From assembly GCF_036321535.1 (NCBI RefSeq), contig NC_087437.1:116624001-116688000 (forward strand): a stretch of 64,000 nt of DNA. Direction: 5' to 3'. A program made the position numbers and the translations under genes. Source of the stretch: Camelus dromedarius (Eukaryota). Of the stretch, positions 49,200 to 62,356 are shown piece by piece (the first letter of the stretch is position 1; each line of letters begins with the position of its first letter). The notes under the pieces are model-generated. The model saw nothing but the letters and a program-made list of their open reading frames with translations. It had not been told where the DNA came from and did not search any database.

Positions 49200-49410
49200 A
49201 AAATCACGGATACAAGGGGGCAGGTGCTAAACTCAAATGCTAAAGTCTTGCCCCTATTACCAGCCTTGCAACCCTGAGAAAAACTATTTAATCTCCCCAA
49301 GTCTTGGTCTCCTTGTGTGGCAGGTGGGAGGAATAATAGTGGATTTGCCTACCCAACAGAGTTGAAAAGAAAATGAAACTACGGTATGCAAGCAAAGTTT
49401 GTAGGCTACA
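49200..49410 (+). mobile_element. MIR
   Basis: accctgagaaaaactatttaatctcccc..gtctccttgtgtggcaggtgggaggaataatag. Confidence 0.55.
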
Positions 49411-50064
49411 AAGTCCCACACACATACAGCTTATACTTGTAAGTCTGTTATAATGAACCCCTTGGTCCATGATCCTGGCGAGGCAAAGGATTACGTTGCC
49501 TGCACCTTTAGTCAACGTGACCACCCTGGTCTATCATGACCAACTTTGCAATAGAAGCACGTTCTCTTCTGGGATCTGTTGACCTCCTACGTGCTTTGAC
49601 TGTAGACTCCCCATTTGCCACAGCAGTTGTATCCTGGGTTCCTACTGTGTGGATTCAATGACTCATAGAATATAAATCTTTTGTCTTTGCAGCCCTGACC
49701 AGTCTTTAGAATCTTTCTCTAACAGACCTTCTCAGCTATCATAGTATTGTCTCACAGTAACACTGCTGTTTCTTTAAACCAGGTGAAATTTTAAAGCCTG
49801 TTGGAAACATTGTATCTCTGACCTTCCTTCCTATTTAGTACCAAAAAAAAAAGTGCTTATGAACAGAATCATAATGATGGGTTCCTCTCCCCTATCCTGA
49901 CCAATGTGCTGTTTATCGCCATAGTTATGCAACAACCAGCACACACAAGTGGGATCATCAAGGCTCCCGGGTATAGATTACCCGGTTTTCCTCACTATAG
50001 TTATCCAAACATCACCAATAACAGACCCAAACAACTTGGTATTTTTAAAATGTAGGGAAATTGT

Positions 50065-52170
50065 GCTATGGCTTTTCAGGTTAAACATACTGCACATACA
50101 GAAACGTGTAAGAAATGAACAGCTCAGTATGATAAACACACACACACACACGTAACAATGCCACAGGTCAAGAAAAAGAACACTGGGATCACTTGACACT
50201 CCCTAGTGTCCCCTCAAGGTACTATACCCTCCTCCCCTCCAAAGACAGCCGTCATCCTTTCCTGACTTTTGCTGAACGTGTTCTTGTTCTTCTATAATTT
50301 TCCACCTAAGCATGGGCTCCCCTAACACCATAGTTAACTTCTGCCTATTTTTTAAACTCTCTGTCAGTGGAATCCTACTGAGGATTTTGTTGAGTATCTG
50401 ACTTCTTTTGCTTATTATTATGTTTGTGAGAGCCATTCACATTCATGTAACTGTAGTTCACTGCAGTGCAGTAGTTTGTTGTGTGAAAATAACATTTTCA
50501 TGAATCCATTCCATTGTTGATGGGCAGTTGGGTCACCTCCAGTCTAAAGAGACTACAAATAATGCTGCTGTGAAGATTCTTGTCCAGTGTCTCGGTAAAC
50601 ACAGACATGCTTTTCTTCTGGGCGCTTGCCTGGGAGTGGAGTTACTAGGAAAGAAGGCATTCACTTACGCACTTTTGTAGCTAACACTGAACTGATGCCA
50701 TCAGTGATGAGTGCTGCAGTGTATGGAGACAGTTCCCACTGCTCCCCATCTTCACCAGTTCATGATGTGGACACTCCCTTTAATTTCAGGCCCTCCGGTG
50801 AGCTTGTTGTAGAATCTCAGTATGTCTTTAATTTGTATTTTTCTATCTCTTCCTATATTTATCTGACATTTGAATATCCTTCCTGGTCGAGTATCTTCAA
50901 ACCTCATCCATTTTTCTATTGGGTAACTTCAGTTTTGTATACATACCTCATATCAAGGAACCTTGCTAAACTTACTTATTGATAGGACTAATTTAATGGA
51001 ATCCTAATTCATTTTTTATTCTTTATATACATAATTATATCAGCATTTGGGGATACTGATCATTTTATTTCTTCCTTTGCAAACCTTGTACCTTGTATTT
51101 CTTTTCCTTGCCTTACCACCCTTGTTTGTGTTTCTTTTTCTTGTCTTATTGCACTGGCTAGGACCTCCAATCAGTGTAGAATAAAAGTAGCAATAGTAGG
51201 TTGCCTTGTTGCTGATTTCAAAGGTAAGGCTTTCAACACTGTACCATAATGGATGGGACTTCTTTATAGGTTTCCTATAGCTATCAATTGGTAAATCAAG
51301 GGAGTTTGTAGCCATTACCGGTATGCTAAGACTTCTCCTACATGGATGTTGAATTTTATAAAATGCTTTTCCCACATCCACTGAGAAGATCTTGTTATTT
51401 TCTCCTTTATTCTGTTAATGTGGTAAATTTACAATGATTTGTTTTCAAATGTTTATCAACCTTGTATTCTTGGATTAAACCAAACTTGGCCATCATGTGC
51501 CATCCTTTTCCATTTAGTTGGATTTGATGTGTTAAGATTTGATTTTTGATGTTTGCATCTGTATTGCATTCATGAGATTGGCCTGTAATTCTTCCTTTTG
51601 TGTGACGTGCCTGTAAGGTTTCTGTATCCGGGATACGCTCTTGTGAACAATTGAGAAGTGGTTCTTTTTTTTACTCTATGAAACAGTTTATGTAATTTTA
51701 GTGATAGCCTTTCCTTAAATATTTGTTAGGTTTGCTGGTAAAGCCCTCTGATCCCAAAGATTCGGGGGGGTGGGGAGAGTAGCCAGTAGCCAGGGGAGTA
51801 AATCCTGGATTTGATTATTTTCATAGTTGTAGGACTATCCTGACTTGTCTTCTTTTAAATGTTATTTTGGTAGGTTGCATTCTTTTTAGGAATTTGTGAA
51901 TTATTACCTTAATTTTTATATGTTTTGCAACAAAGTTAGCCATTATATCCACTTACTCTAGAAACTGCAGTGCTTTCTCCTTTCTAATTCTTTGTGTTGG
52001 TTTTTTGTGTCTTCTGTCCTTCTCCTTAATCTGCCTCACCAGAGCTTTATCTATTTAATGAATCTCTATAAAGGACTTTGGTTTTGGCTTTGTTAATTTG
52101 CTCTATTAAATGCTTGTTATAGAGACATGTGACTCATTCATTCCTGCTCTTTAATATTTCCTTTCCCCTC
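50065..52170 (-). mobile_element. Ancient L1M (3' end plus degraded ORF2 RT region)
   Basis: ORF 51040-51381(-) begins DVGKAFYKIQHP, a degenerate form of the L1 RT motif DAEKAFDKIQHP; 3'UTR-like sequence near 50065-50900. Confidence 0.8.
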
Positions 52171-54214
52171 TTGGCAAGCTCTGGATTCCATAGTTTCATC
52201 CCCATAAGGCTCAGTCTCCCTACCTTTCCAATGCCCTTGCAGGAATCAGAAGAAAAAAAAAAGGCAGCCTAAGACACTGGCCACCATCTTGGGATTTCAT
52301 CCTTCCCTACATCCTGGCCTGATAATTTGTTACTATTTTGTTGGCTTTTGATGCCCTCATGAAGATTTTTTTGAACTATTTTAAGCCAGAATTTCTGGCT
52401 GTCCTGAATTACCCAATTGTAATTGACTACTACAATATAAAATTCCTCTCTCAAACTTAACCGCCATGGATGTGCATGTGTGCGTGTGTGTGTGTGCGCG
52501 CGCAAGAGGACATGCTTGTTTTAGTGGCAAAATAATTTGTTCATAGAATCCATGTTCTGAAGTAAAAATTACATCCATTTTCCTGTTCATCAACTTGAAG
52601 ATAAACGTGCAATAGCTGTAAAATTGTACTGCCGGGTTGAGATAGATTCTCCCAGGCTCCGCTGTCTAAGGAACTCACGGGAACTCTTAATTAGTGAGAT
52701 TATGAGAATGTTCTGGTATTGGCCCAACCGAGATTCTGCTGTTTCCAGGTTATAGAGATCTTTTTTCTGTCTTCTTTGGCTTTATTTTGCTTTCCGCACA
52801 GTCTGGTCCCCTGCAGACCTGCATGGTCTTGCTCACTTTCCTATTTCAAGATTTATAGATTTTTTTAGATTGTGCTGATATAATTGTTCACAATTCACTC
52901 CAACTCACTGTCTTCATCAGCTGGTTTTCATGAAAGTTTGTTCTTTTCAATACAGGCAGTGAGTAAGAGAAAGGCTTGTCCTTGGATGGAGGAATTCTCA
53001 GCCTGGTCTTTCTCACATTTTAGTAGCAAGAAGGAGGTGGTCAAGTCCACCCCTTTGGCTAAAAAAAATCACTTCCGAATGAGGAGACAATCTGAAAATG
53101 GGTTTTCCCAAATACCCAGAGACATGAGCTTTATGCAACATTCCTTTGCCCCATGCCTGTCTCCTGCCACCCTATTTCTTGGGATCTGACTTTCTTGTCC
53201 ATTTTATCTGCATTTACAGGCATGCTGCTGCTTTTTTATGGCTGGTATTACTGTCAGGTAGCCCCCTCATGGTATCTTTCTTAACTGTGTGACAGCATCT
53301 CTCTTCATGAATGTTCTGACAAGTTCAAGAATATATTTAAGAAGCACAAGTTCCAAGAGTTTCCGCAAAATAACGACAGATTCTACAAGCCACAGAAAAC
53401 ATCATTCTTTCATCACCAGCTCTTAAGCACATTTCTTTTGAGGGGGTAGCAGTTGTCAGGAAGCTTTCGGAAGCCCTCGCACCTCCTTGATTCCTTTAAA
53501 TCACTTTTATTTCCTGTGTGGGGCCGAAGACCCCTTGCCCTGCCACCACCCAGACTGGAATTCCTAGGAGGCAGCGGTGAGTTGTATGTGTTTGTGAATA
53601 TATGTGCCTGTGTATATCAAAAGAAACTGTTTTAAAGGCTAAACAAAGGAAAGTGTCATCCATAACTCCACCATTATGAAGCAACCAACTTTGAGCATTA
53701 TTTTCTAACTTTGAGTATGTTGTCTACCATATCCTTGCCTGTGTTGGGGAATAACATGATGACATTTTTTGTTTTTCTTGTGCATTTCACCTGTTAGAAG
53801 CTGTTTTTTTCCTTAAATATCCATTTCCTCAATAGCTGGTGAGGCTAGTTCTCATAAACCAGGTGTTAGTTGAACTTCCTCTATTGTTCACATCCCACGC
53901 CCACTCATCTGCTTCTGTGTGCCTGTATCATGCATCCAATAAAGATTTGGAAAACAATCTTTGGATCATACAATATTTTATCTATCATAATGTAGATAAA
54001 ATAAATAAATTGCACACAGTTCCTTTTTATCTAGCCCAGAACTTCCACCATTTGGTGGAACTAGAATCCTCAGTCCCTTCACCCTCAGTCCCGTACACCC
54101 TCACCCTCGGGAGTACGGGACTCCCGAAATGCATGTCCCCTGCCTTATGGGGGGGATCAGCCCCTCCCTCTGGGACTCACACCTTGTGCCTGTCCTTCTG
54201 TCTTGCATGTGCTC

Positions 54215-54440
54215 ACCCAACACATATTTATGGTGCCTAATATGCCGGGCGCAGTTCCAAGTGCTGGGAATGAAGGAAACTACAAGCCCTGATGGAATTT
54301 ACAGTCTGGAGAGGGATGGAGACACCCACTATGATAAAGAAATGAATGTGTAATAGAACATGATGTTCTATATGCTTAAAAGAAACATAAAACAGGACAA
54401 GGGGGTAAAGATTGACCAGGAAAAAGGGGTGGGAAGAACT
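54215..54440 (-). mobile_element. L2 3' end
   Basis: caacacatatttatggtgcctaatatgccgggc..gccctgatggaatttacagtct. Confidence 0.7.
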
Positions 54441-54520
54441 ACACTGAGCAAAACTGTACATTCCACTTTGCCCTGTTTTATAATCCAAAGAGCCATCTTG
54501 ACTGTGCTTTCTTCCTGTTG

Positions 54521-54522
<2 letters not shown>

Positions 54523-54566
<44 letters not shown>

Positions 54567-54582
54567 ACACACACAGACACAC
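54523..54582. repeat. (AC)n microsatellite (19 perfect units, then interrupted)
   Basis: Direct observation. Confidence 0.97.
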
Positions 54583-55674
54583 TCACCAGATCCCCAACAA
54601 CAGTGACAGTGTCTGTCTCACGGTTGAGTGCACATAAGGCCTAACACAGCTCTTAGGCATGGCTGCTTTTGTTAAACTAAAGATAATATCTTCAGGATGT
54701 CTCCATTAACTTAACCTGACCAACCAGCAGTTTCTGGAAGTTTCCCCACCTCCCCTCCCACACACACATGCCCTTCGGCCGCCTCTGTCTATCCTGTCGG
54801 TGGTTTCCAGGGCTCTCCCGCAGCTGTTCTTGCTTATCTGATATTTGCTGAATGCTGCTCTGGGAGATGACATCTGAGGGCTTGAAAGGTTTCACTACAT
54901 TCGTTTGGTTGGGTTTCAGTTTTGCATGTAAACAGTTCCCACCACGATGCCAACAAACTTGGACTCCATTTCTCATTAGAAGGCGACCTTTCCACCCACA
55001 CGGTCCCACAAATGCTTCCGACTCCAATAACTCATCATTAAACACTGTGTTACTCGGGAGGCCCTGGAGGCCAGGCAGGGAGTGCTTGCTTCGCTTCTAA
55101 GAAAAGGGGCCCTATCCACAATAAAACGCCAAGTTTGGCAAAAACAAAAATAGAAGCCTTGTTTTAAAACTGCAAAAAAAGCTCAAACTTTGATGTATGC
55201 TTCTGGTTATATTAAATAAGAAGCCCATTTTTCAACAGATAAAGGCTCTTGGGTGGGTAGTGAGGAGAAGGAACTGTAAGGAAGAACTTCTGCTTCTTGC
55301 CCTGTGCTGGCCAAAGCCCCGCCAGCCGCAGGAGAGAACCTGCTGATCTGCACAGTCTGGTTCTAAGAGATCAAAGCAACAAACCAGCAGATGACATGAT
55401 GGAAAAACATTTTAAGATAAAACCTTGCTAATATGGTTTCTGATAAAAAGTGGGGAACGATTCTAGCAACTTAGCTTTAATAAGATCAAGCAACACATAA
55501 AATGGGTCTTCAACCTGTAGAAATAATAATCGAGGTGTGTTCAGTGCTTTATCACTGAACAACATGCTCTCACATACTTTCTCCAGCTGATTCTCAAATG
55601 CCTCTGAGCGCTCTCGGCAGTGTTATTCTGTGCACGTTACAAGAAAGGAAACCCAGTCTCTGTCCTAGGTTAGA

Positions 55675-56058
55675 TGTTATGGCCTAAATTATTATCACCC
55701 CCAAATTCATGCATTGAAGTCCTAACCCCCAGTATCTCAGAATGTGACCTTATTTGGTAATAGGGTCTGTAATGTTGTGAATAAGTTAAAATAAGGCCAT
55801 TCAGGAGTATCCTAGTCCAATATGACTGGTGTCCTTTCAAGAAGAGGAGCCGAAGACACAGACAAACGAGGGACAACCACATGAGGACACAGGGAGAAGG
55901 CAGCCATCCACAAGCCAAGGAGAGAGGCCTCAGAAGGCACCAAAGCGCTGACACCTTGATCTAGGAACTCAGCCTCTAGAACTGAAAAAATATGTCTCTG
56001 TTGTTCGGACCGCCCAGTGCGTGGTGCTTTGTTATGGCGGCCTGAGCAGATGAAGACA
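55675..56058 (+). mobile_element. MLT1A-type MaLR solo LTR
   Basis: tgttatggcctaaat..ttgaagtcctaacccccagta..gacaccttgatct..tttgttatggcggcc..aagaca. Confidence 0.9.
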
Positions 56059-56419
56059 CCAACACAGGTCTCTTAGTAGGGCCTCTGTTGTCTCATGAAA
56101 GCTCTTCAGATTCTGCCCAGCTGGTGCCCCACCCTGAGATGGCTTCTGTGGAAGGCACAGGGGTCCCCACGCTGTCGGCTCCCTCCCCTCTCTTCTCGCT
56201 GTCCCTCCCATCTCTTCCCTCTTCCCTCCTCCTTTCTCCCTCCGCCACATTTGCCAACCACCTGCAGGATGCAAATTGTGTTTCACATAAGCACTGGTAC
56301 CTGGTGTTATTTAGCTCACTGTGTTTCTGACTCTTTTCCTTTAGGACTGTTTTTAAGCTCTGTCATTGTGGCAGGGTGAATATTTGACTTATTACTTGTA
56401 ATTGCTGCCCCAAATTTCT

Positions 56420-57050
56420 GAAAATATCTTTATTCTGCCTTTGCACTTGATTGCTAGTTTCTGTGGATAGAGAATTCCAGAATGAAAATCATCTGCCTGC
56501 AGAATGTTCTATGATCTTCTCATTCCCAGAGTTGCTTCTGGGAAAGCTGAAGCCATTCTGAGTCTAAGTTCATTATAGGGTGCCTTTTTTTTTTCACTTC
56601 CCTGGAAGCTTGCCGAATCTTCTTTTGCCCTGGCTATTCTGAAATTTCACAACAGGCCTTAGTGTGGGTTTATTTTTATCCATTGCACTGGGACCTTTCG
56701 ACTTGCAAACTGGTGTCCTTCATTCCTAGAAAAGTTTTTTGCATTGTGTTTTAAAGATTTCTCATCATCTTCTCTGTTCCCTGCTGCTGGAGCTCTTTCT
56801 GTGTGGACACTGCACCTCCTGGACCAGGCCTCCAATTTCTTACATTTTGTCCCCTTTGCTGCTTGTCATTTTGCTTTATTTTCTGACAGGATTTTTCGGT
56901 CACACCTTCCAACCCTTCCACTGTGTCTTCCGTGTCTGCTAGCGTGTTGTTAATTTCCCAAAGCTCCTTTGGTTATTGTTGTTTTGAAATGTTGCTTTTT
57001 TATAGTTTCCCATTCTCCATCCACAGCTGAAAATCTTCTCTCTGAAGATG
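56420..57050 (-). mobile_element. Ancient L1/HAL1 ORF1-region fragment
   Basis: aaatatctttattctgcc..gatagagaattccag..gttgcttctgggaaagctgaagccattctga. Confidence 0.55.
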
Positions 57051-57089
57051 TTAACAGCAGGCATAATCTCTATTTCTTCCAAGGTTTAA

Positions 57090-57260
57090 GCATTTTTTTC
57101 ATTGAGATATAACCCACATACCATAAAATTCACCCTTTTAAAGGACACAATCCAGTGTGTTTTTTTAAACATATATTCACAGAGTCGTACAACCTTTCAT
57201 CTCTTTTTTGGGTCTATGGATTTGTCTGTTGGGAACATTTTATATGGAATCAAATGTGAC
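57090..57260 (-). mobile_element. L1MB-like 3' end fragment
   Basis: attgagatataacccacataccataaaattcacccttttaaag..atatattcacagagtcgtacaacc. Confidence 0.75.
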
Positions 57261-57670
57261 TTTGTATCAGATTCTCAGGCCCCTTCAGTTGAAATGTCCT
57301 CTTTAGAACAATTCAGAGCCAAACTGCTTCCAGAGCAGGTTTTTCTGTTAATCACTGTTATTAACTAATCCAGCAAGGGAATTTGGAGATCTTTTAGACC
57401 GATATCCTCATGTTTCTCATGAAGAAATTCAAAGATAGCAAGGCGCGTGGCAGCTATGAGACTTGGCATCACTTCGGGGACTGGAAGGTGTGGGAGTAGA
57501 TGGCTCAGGCACCTGACGGGGGACTAGGGAAGGGGCTGTAAAGTGCCGGCACTTGGGGCAGAGAGGAAGCTTCCAAAGGCACTCAGCTCCCGCCACAATC
57601 CCCACACCTAGGCTGGGCCAGGAAGCTGTGGTAATGACCACGGTCAAAAAACAATGCCTGTGGCGGGCTC

Positions 57671-57850
57671 TGTTGCGGGTTGAACTGCGTCCCCCAAAAT
57701 GATATGTTGAAGTCCTAACCCCTGCTGCCCTAGACCTGACCTTATTTGGATTATCTGCAGTTATAAATAGTTAAATTAAGAAGCAGTCATACTGGACTAG
57801 GATGGGCCCTTAAACCAACGTGACTGGGGTCCCTATAAAGAGAGGAAGAG
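57671..57850 (+). mobile_element. MLT1B-like LTR 5' fragment
   Basis: tgttgcgggttgaactgcgtcccccaaaatgatatgttgaagtcctaaccc. Confidence 0.8.
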
Positions 57851-58995
57851 AGGCGGGCTGAGGCCGGGTGGAATTGCGGACCGGTGCCCTTGGCCACATA
57901 GCCAAAGCGAGTGAAAAATGATGCCCTGATTCAAACTGTAACTGATGATAATGTCATGGGTAGGAGGGAAAAGGGCCAGAAATGAAACCAGGAAGTGCCA
58001 CTTGTCTAGTGAAAGAGAATGTATTTCACTGATTTAAGTTATAAAAGCGGTACATAGTGATTCAAAAGATTAAAGCTATACAGAAGCATGAAAAGTCAAA
58101 ACAGAAGTGCCCTCTGTCTCCACTTTCGCCCCCAACCCCGTCCTCTGCATTCAGACTCCCCAGGAGCTACTATTTTTAACACGTGCTAAATACACCTGGC
58201 GGAACGTTCTCCATTGCCCAGACAGACATGCACTGACACCATCTGTTTCGTTTTGCTTTATTTTAAAACCACAGTGTCTGACAGCTTCCCCTTTCACTCA
58301 CTAGCACGTTATTGACATCTTCCCACCTCAAAGGAGAGAGAGTTATCTCAGAAAGTGACTGTGAATCTGTCTTGGGGTAGCTTTGTAGGATATATTGGTG
58401 ATTACACATTTACATTGCGCCTTGGGGAATACAGCACATGTTTCTGTGGGTGCAGTCTGCAGCACATTAATTCGGCATGGCACAAAGCCTGGGGAGCAGT
58501 AGCTCTGAAGGCGATCAAGAGGAGGAGTGGAAAAAATTCATCAGCCAGTTTTAAGGCCAAGGCTCCCCGCCATATATGTGTGAAGCCTTCCTTCAATGGC
58601 TGGGAGAACGTGATCACTAGTGAAGTACCCAAATGACTCACCAGTTGTGGATGGTTAGACATTCTGTCAATGCAGAAAGGGATGGAAAAGCCAGGGGAAA
58701 TGACCTATCTTCATCTGGGGTCAAGTGGAAGGCACACCTAGTTTACATAGTGCAAGGATGGCTAATGCGCAATTTAACTCCTAAACCTTAAAAATGTTGG
58801 AGGTGAGTTGCAAAGAAAAATAAAACAAACCCTCAAAAAAGTGATTAAGAAACTAAAAGACTTCATCTTCTTGAAGAGGATAAACCATCTTGAGATTCAG
58901 TAATTCCTTGAGAGCCTCAGAAAAACAATGCTAAAGGTATTTTAGACATTTAGAAAGACAGAATTAATTTTTCCACCCTGATTAATCACGTTGTA

Positions 58996-59230
58996 TCAGG
59001 TTCTCAACGAGGGTGATTTGACCCCTCCCCCACCCCCAGGAGACAGGTGGCAATGCCCGGAAACAGCTTCGAAGGTCACACTGGTGCAGGGTGGAGGGAA
59101 GAGAGTGTTCCTAGCATTAGTGGGTGGAAGCCAGGAATGCTGCTCAATATCCCACAACGTACAGCACGGCCCCTGACAACAAAAACCATCCAGCCCAGAA
59201 TGTCCGTGCTGATGAGGAGGAGAAATCCCA
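58996..59230. mobile_element. MER20 hAT-Charlie MITE
   Basis: ggttctcaacgagggtgatttg..ggcaatgcccggaaac..gccaggaatgctgctcaatatcccacaa..cagcccagaatgtc. Confidence 0.85.
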
Positions 59231-61188
59231 TGCGATTTTTCTAAAGGGATTTTTCTCTTCTAAAGGAATTGCTTTTTATTTTATAATGGGTATGAAATTC
59301 TATTTAACCAACTTCAAAACCAGATTCCCATCATTTTCTTTTGAATTGAAACCAGTCTAAGCTCAGCTACCCAACTCCCCCACCAAAAAAGTTGGAGTGA
59401 AAATTTTGAATGAGATTTACTCTACTTGCAGTGCGAAGCAAGGGTAAACAGTAGCACCCAAAACACATAACAGAATTTGTAGGTGGGCAAGACATGACTT
59501 CAGACACTGGAAGGTAGAGCTGATTCTCACAAAGCTGATCCAGGCACCCCTGTGTACCTCCCAACAAGCCTGCTCAGAGCTCGGGAGGACACGCCAAGCC
59601 TGGAGAACAAAGTTCAAAATTATTTTCATCATAAAGGGAAGGAATAGGAATTTAGCCTCTTAGTGGTTATTTGCCAAAAAAGACACACACACACAACACT
59701 TACTCTGGATTTTTGTGAACAAAGTCCAGTGCAAGCCTAGGGAAACGTCATGGCCAGAAGAATCTTCCCTTTGTTCACTGGGTACCAGTCAGTAAATATT
59801 AGCCTCTGGTGCCCTGCATGAGTGTAACTTGTCATCGTTCCACCCCCACCGCCACCCAGGCACCAGCTGTGGATTTCGTTCTCCTGAGGTCAGCTTGGGT
59901 GCTGGAAGAGGTTCGATAGCTCATTGCCTCATACTCGCTTTCAAAGTCACCATTGTCTTAGTAAGTCGTCGGAAGCTCTTTAAGCCCACCAGCGAGGCGA
60001 GAGAATGTGGAACATCTCAAACGGCAGCAGCAATGTGTACATAAACTGTTTACTTAAGGGCAGGTGGTAACAGACTGTGGATGAGCCGAGAGTTCCATCA
60101 ATAGGTTCATGGTGGCCTTGGAAAAGTCCATACCATAACCACAGTACCAGAGATGATGGAGAATTGGCGTCACGAGGTTGTGCAGTTCAGACAGAGCTGG
60201 AAGACCCTACTCAGAGGTCCAGGAGGCTGACTCCAGCCCCGACCTGGCTGGCCTCGTTCTTCCCCAGGACAGGGGCTTTCTCTAACCCTCCCGGGACATA
60301 GCATCAACTTGCGGCAGCTTGATGAAGATGCTTTGGAGGAAAATGTGGAATGAGAGCCCTTCCTGGACTTAGAATGAGGGATTCCATTCAAATAAGCTTT
60401 GCTCTGCCCTCTGCGTTTCCATTAGAAATGAGGAGAAAACTGCTGATCCTTATTTATTTTTAAGCTCTCATAAATGAAATAATCCATTCCTATTAATGAC
60501 TCTAATTATTCAGCTCCTATTTTTAAATACTGGTCTTTCAGCATGCTCTAAGTGGGTGGTTTTAATTAAGCCTAATTGCAGATACGACACATCCAAATAC
60601 ACACCCTACACGAATGATTAACTGGGCTTGGAATTTAGTTCATTAAATAGGGGTTTGCAATGGGATGATGGTGTATCTCAAGCTTAAACGCATCATATAA
60701 ATTACCTTTCTGAAAGCTAAGATGGTGAGAGGATTGTTTATTAAAGTAGAACCTTTTAAGACGCAGCCTAGCACCAGTCTCAGAAGTTCAGTTCTCAATT
60801 GCCAAGTTCACAGAAGCTTTGTTTCCTTGAAGCTGTAAGTTGGAATGTACTGGTTTTAATTTCCTTTTGATTTGTATGCCCAGATGTCTTCTTCCAAAAG
60901 AGTGTTTTCTAACATAACAGCATGATGTTATCACTAAAGATACACTAATTTTAAGTTTAAAAAAGTCACTTTTTGTGCAAAGTCTGATCGCTCCCCTTCA
61001 GCCCTTCCCCAGAAATCAGCTTTTTATCACTAACAAAGCACTGTCACATACTTTATCCAGCCTAATCTCACCTGATTATCCAATACCTCCAGGAGCCAGG
61101 TTTGCTGTTTTTATATGTTAGAAGGGAGGAAACCAAAACTCGGAATGGCGATCTGGCCAGCACAAGGTCGCCTGGGGGTGGGCTTTAG

Positions 61189-61345
61189 GCTCACCTGCTG
61201 GAGAAATCACCTGCCGGCCCTGACCTGTCCCGGAGACCTGAGTTCCTTGGTCTAAACCAGGCAACATCCCTTCCCGTGGGCGGGACCATCCAGCCCAGCA
61301 GCCAATCAGGGGCCACCATAACAAACACCCCGTGACTCAGCTCCC
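61189..61345 (-). promoter_or_regulatory. Candidate Pol II promoter with first-exon donor
   Basis: GGGCGG 61278-61283, agCCAATca 61300-61308, gTGACTCAGC 61332-61341; minus-strand donor CAG|GTGAGC at 61195/61194. Confidence 0.45.
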
Positions 61346-61770
61346 CTCCACCTGCACATTTGCAGTCCACACTGTACACTCAACATCCACAAAGGACTTG
61401 ATGCTGTTAACAGAGTCTCACGGAACACAGTATGAGCGAGTAAAAACCAGTGTCAGGCTGCAGACTACCTGACCTCTTGGTTGACAACAAAGAAGCTGCA
61501 AAATATAGTTAGAAAGTTTATCTGAAAATGGGAATAACTGTGATATTCTTGCAATGCCTTCGTCAGAGTAAATGTCAGCTCCTTCAAGTCTAGTGACAGA
61601 ACACACATGGTCTCTTGAGACAATCACTGCCAGGCAGGGTTTCTGTTGCTTTTGGAAAGTTATTCCTCGTGGGAATATGTTTCTAATTCTCTGAAGTATA
61701 GGCGTTGTGACAGCGAGAGAGAATTGGAGTGGATTAGAACAGAGGTACGCGGAATTAAAATTACGTCCTG

Positions 61771-62356
61771 TCATCTGTCGATGAACATTTAGGTTGTTTC
61801 CATGCCTTGGATAGTGCTGCGATGAACATTGGGGTGCTTTTTTTTTTTTTAATTAGATTTTTCCTCTGGATATATGCCCAGGAATAGGATTGCTGGATCA
61901 TAGGGTAAGTCTATTTTCACTTTTTAAAGGACTCTCCATACTGTTTTCCATAATGGCTGCACCAAACTGCATTCCCACCAGCAGTGTAGGAGGGTTCTCT
62001 TTTCTCCACAGCCTCTCCAGCATTTATCATTTGTGGGCTTTTGAATGACGGCCATTTTGACTGCTATGAGGTGACACCTCACTGTAGTTTTGATTTGCAT
62101 TTCTCCGATAATTAGCGATACTCAGCATCTTTCCATGTGCCTATTGGCCATTCGTATGTCTTCACTGGAGAACTGCTTGTTGGGGTCTTTGCCCATTTTT
62201 GGATTGGGTTGTTTGTTTTTTTGTTATTAAGTTGTACAAACTGAAGGAACTTAAGCCCTCGTCATTTACATCATTTGCAAATATTTTCTCTCATTCCGTA
62301 GGTTGTCTTTTCATTTTGTTTATGGTTTCCTTTGCTGGGCAAAAGCTTCCAAGTTT
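61771..62356 (-). mobile_element. Camelid-type L1 ORF2 fragment lacking 3'UTR and tail
   Basis: ggattgctggatcatagggtaagtc..ctccatactgttttccataatggctgcaccaaac..tttgcaaatattttctc. Confidence 0.88.

Noticed and set aside
51040..51381. Reverse-transcriptase-like ORF as part of a novel RT system
   Set aside because: Degenerate, frameshifted remnant of an ancient L1 ORF2
2886..62356. Young L1s are plus-strand in the left part and mostly minus-strand in the right part
   Set aside because: Only about ten copies; too few to infer host-gene orientation or a boundary
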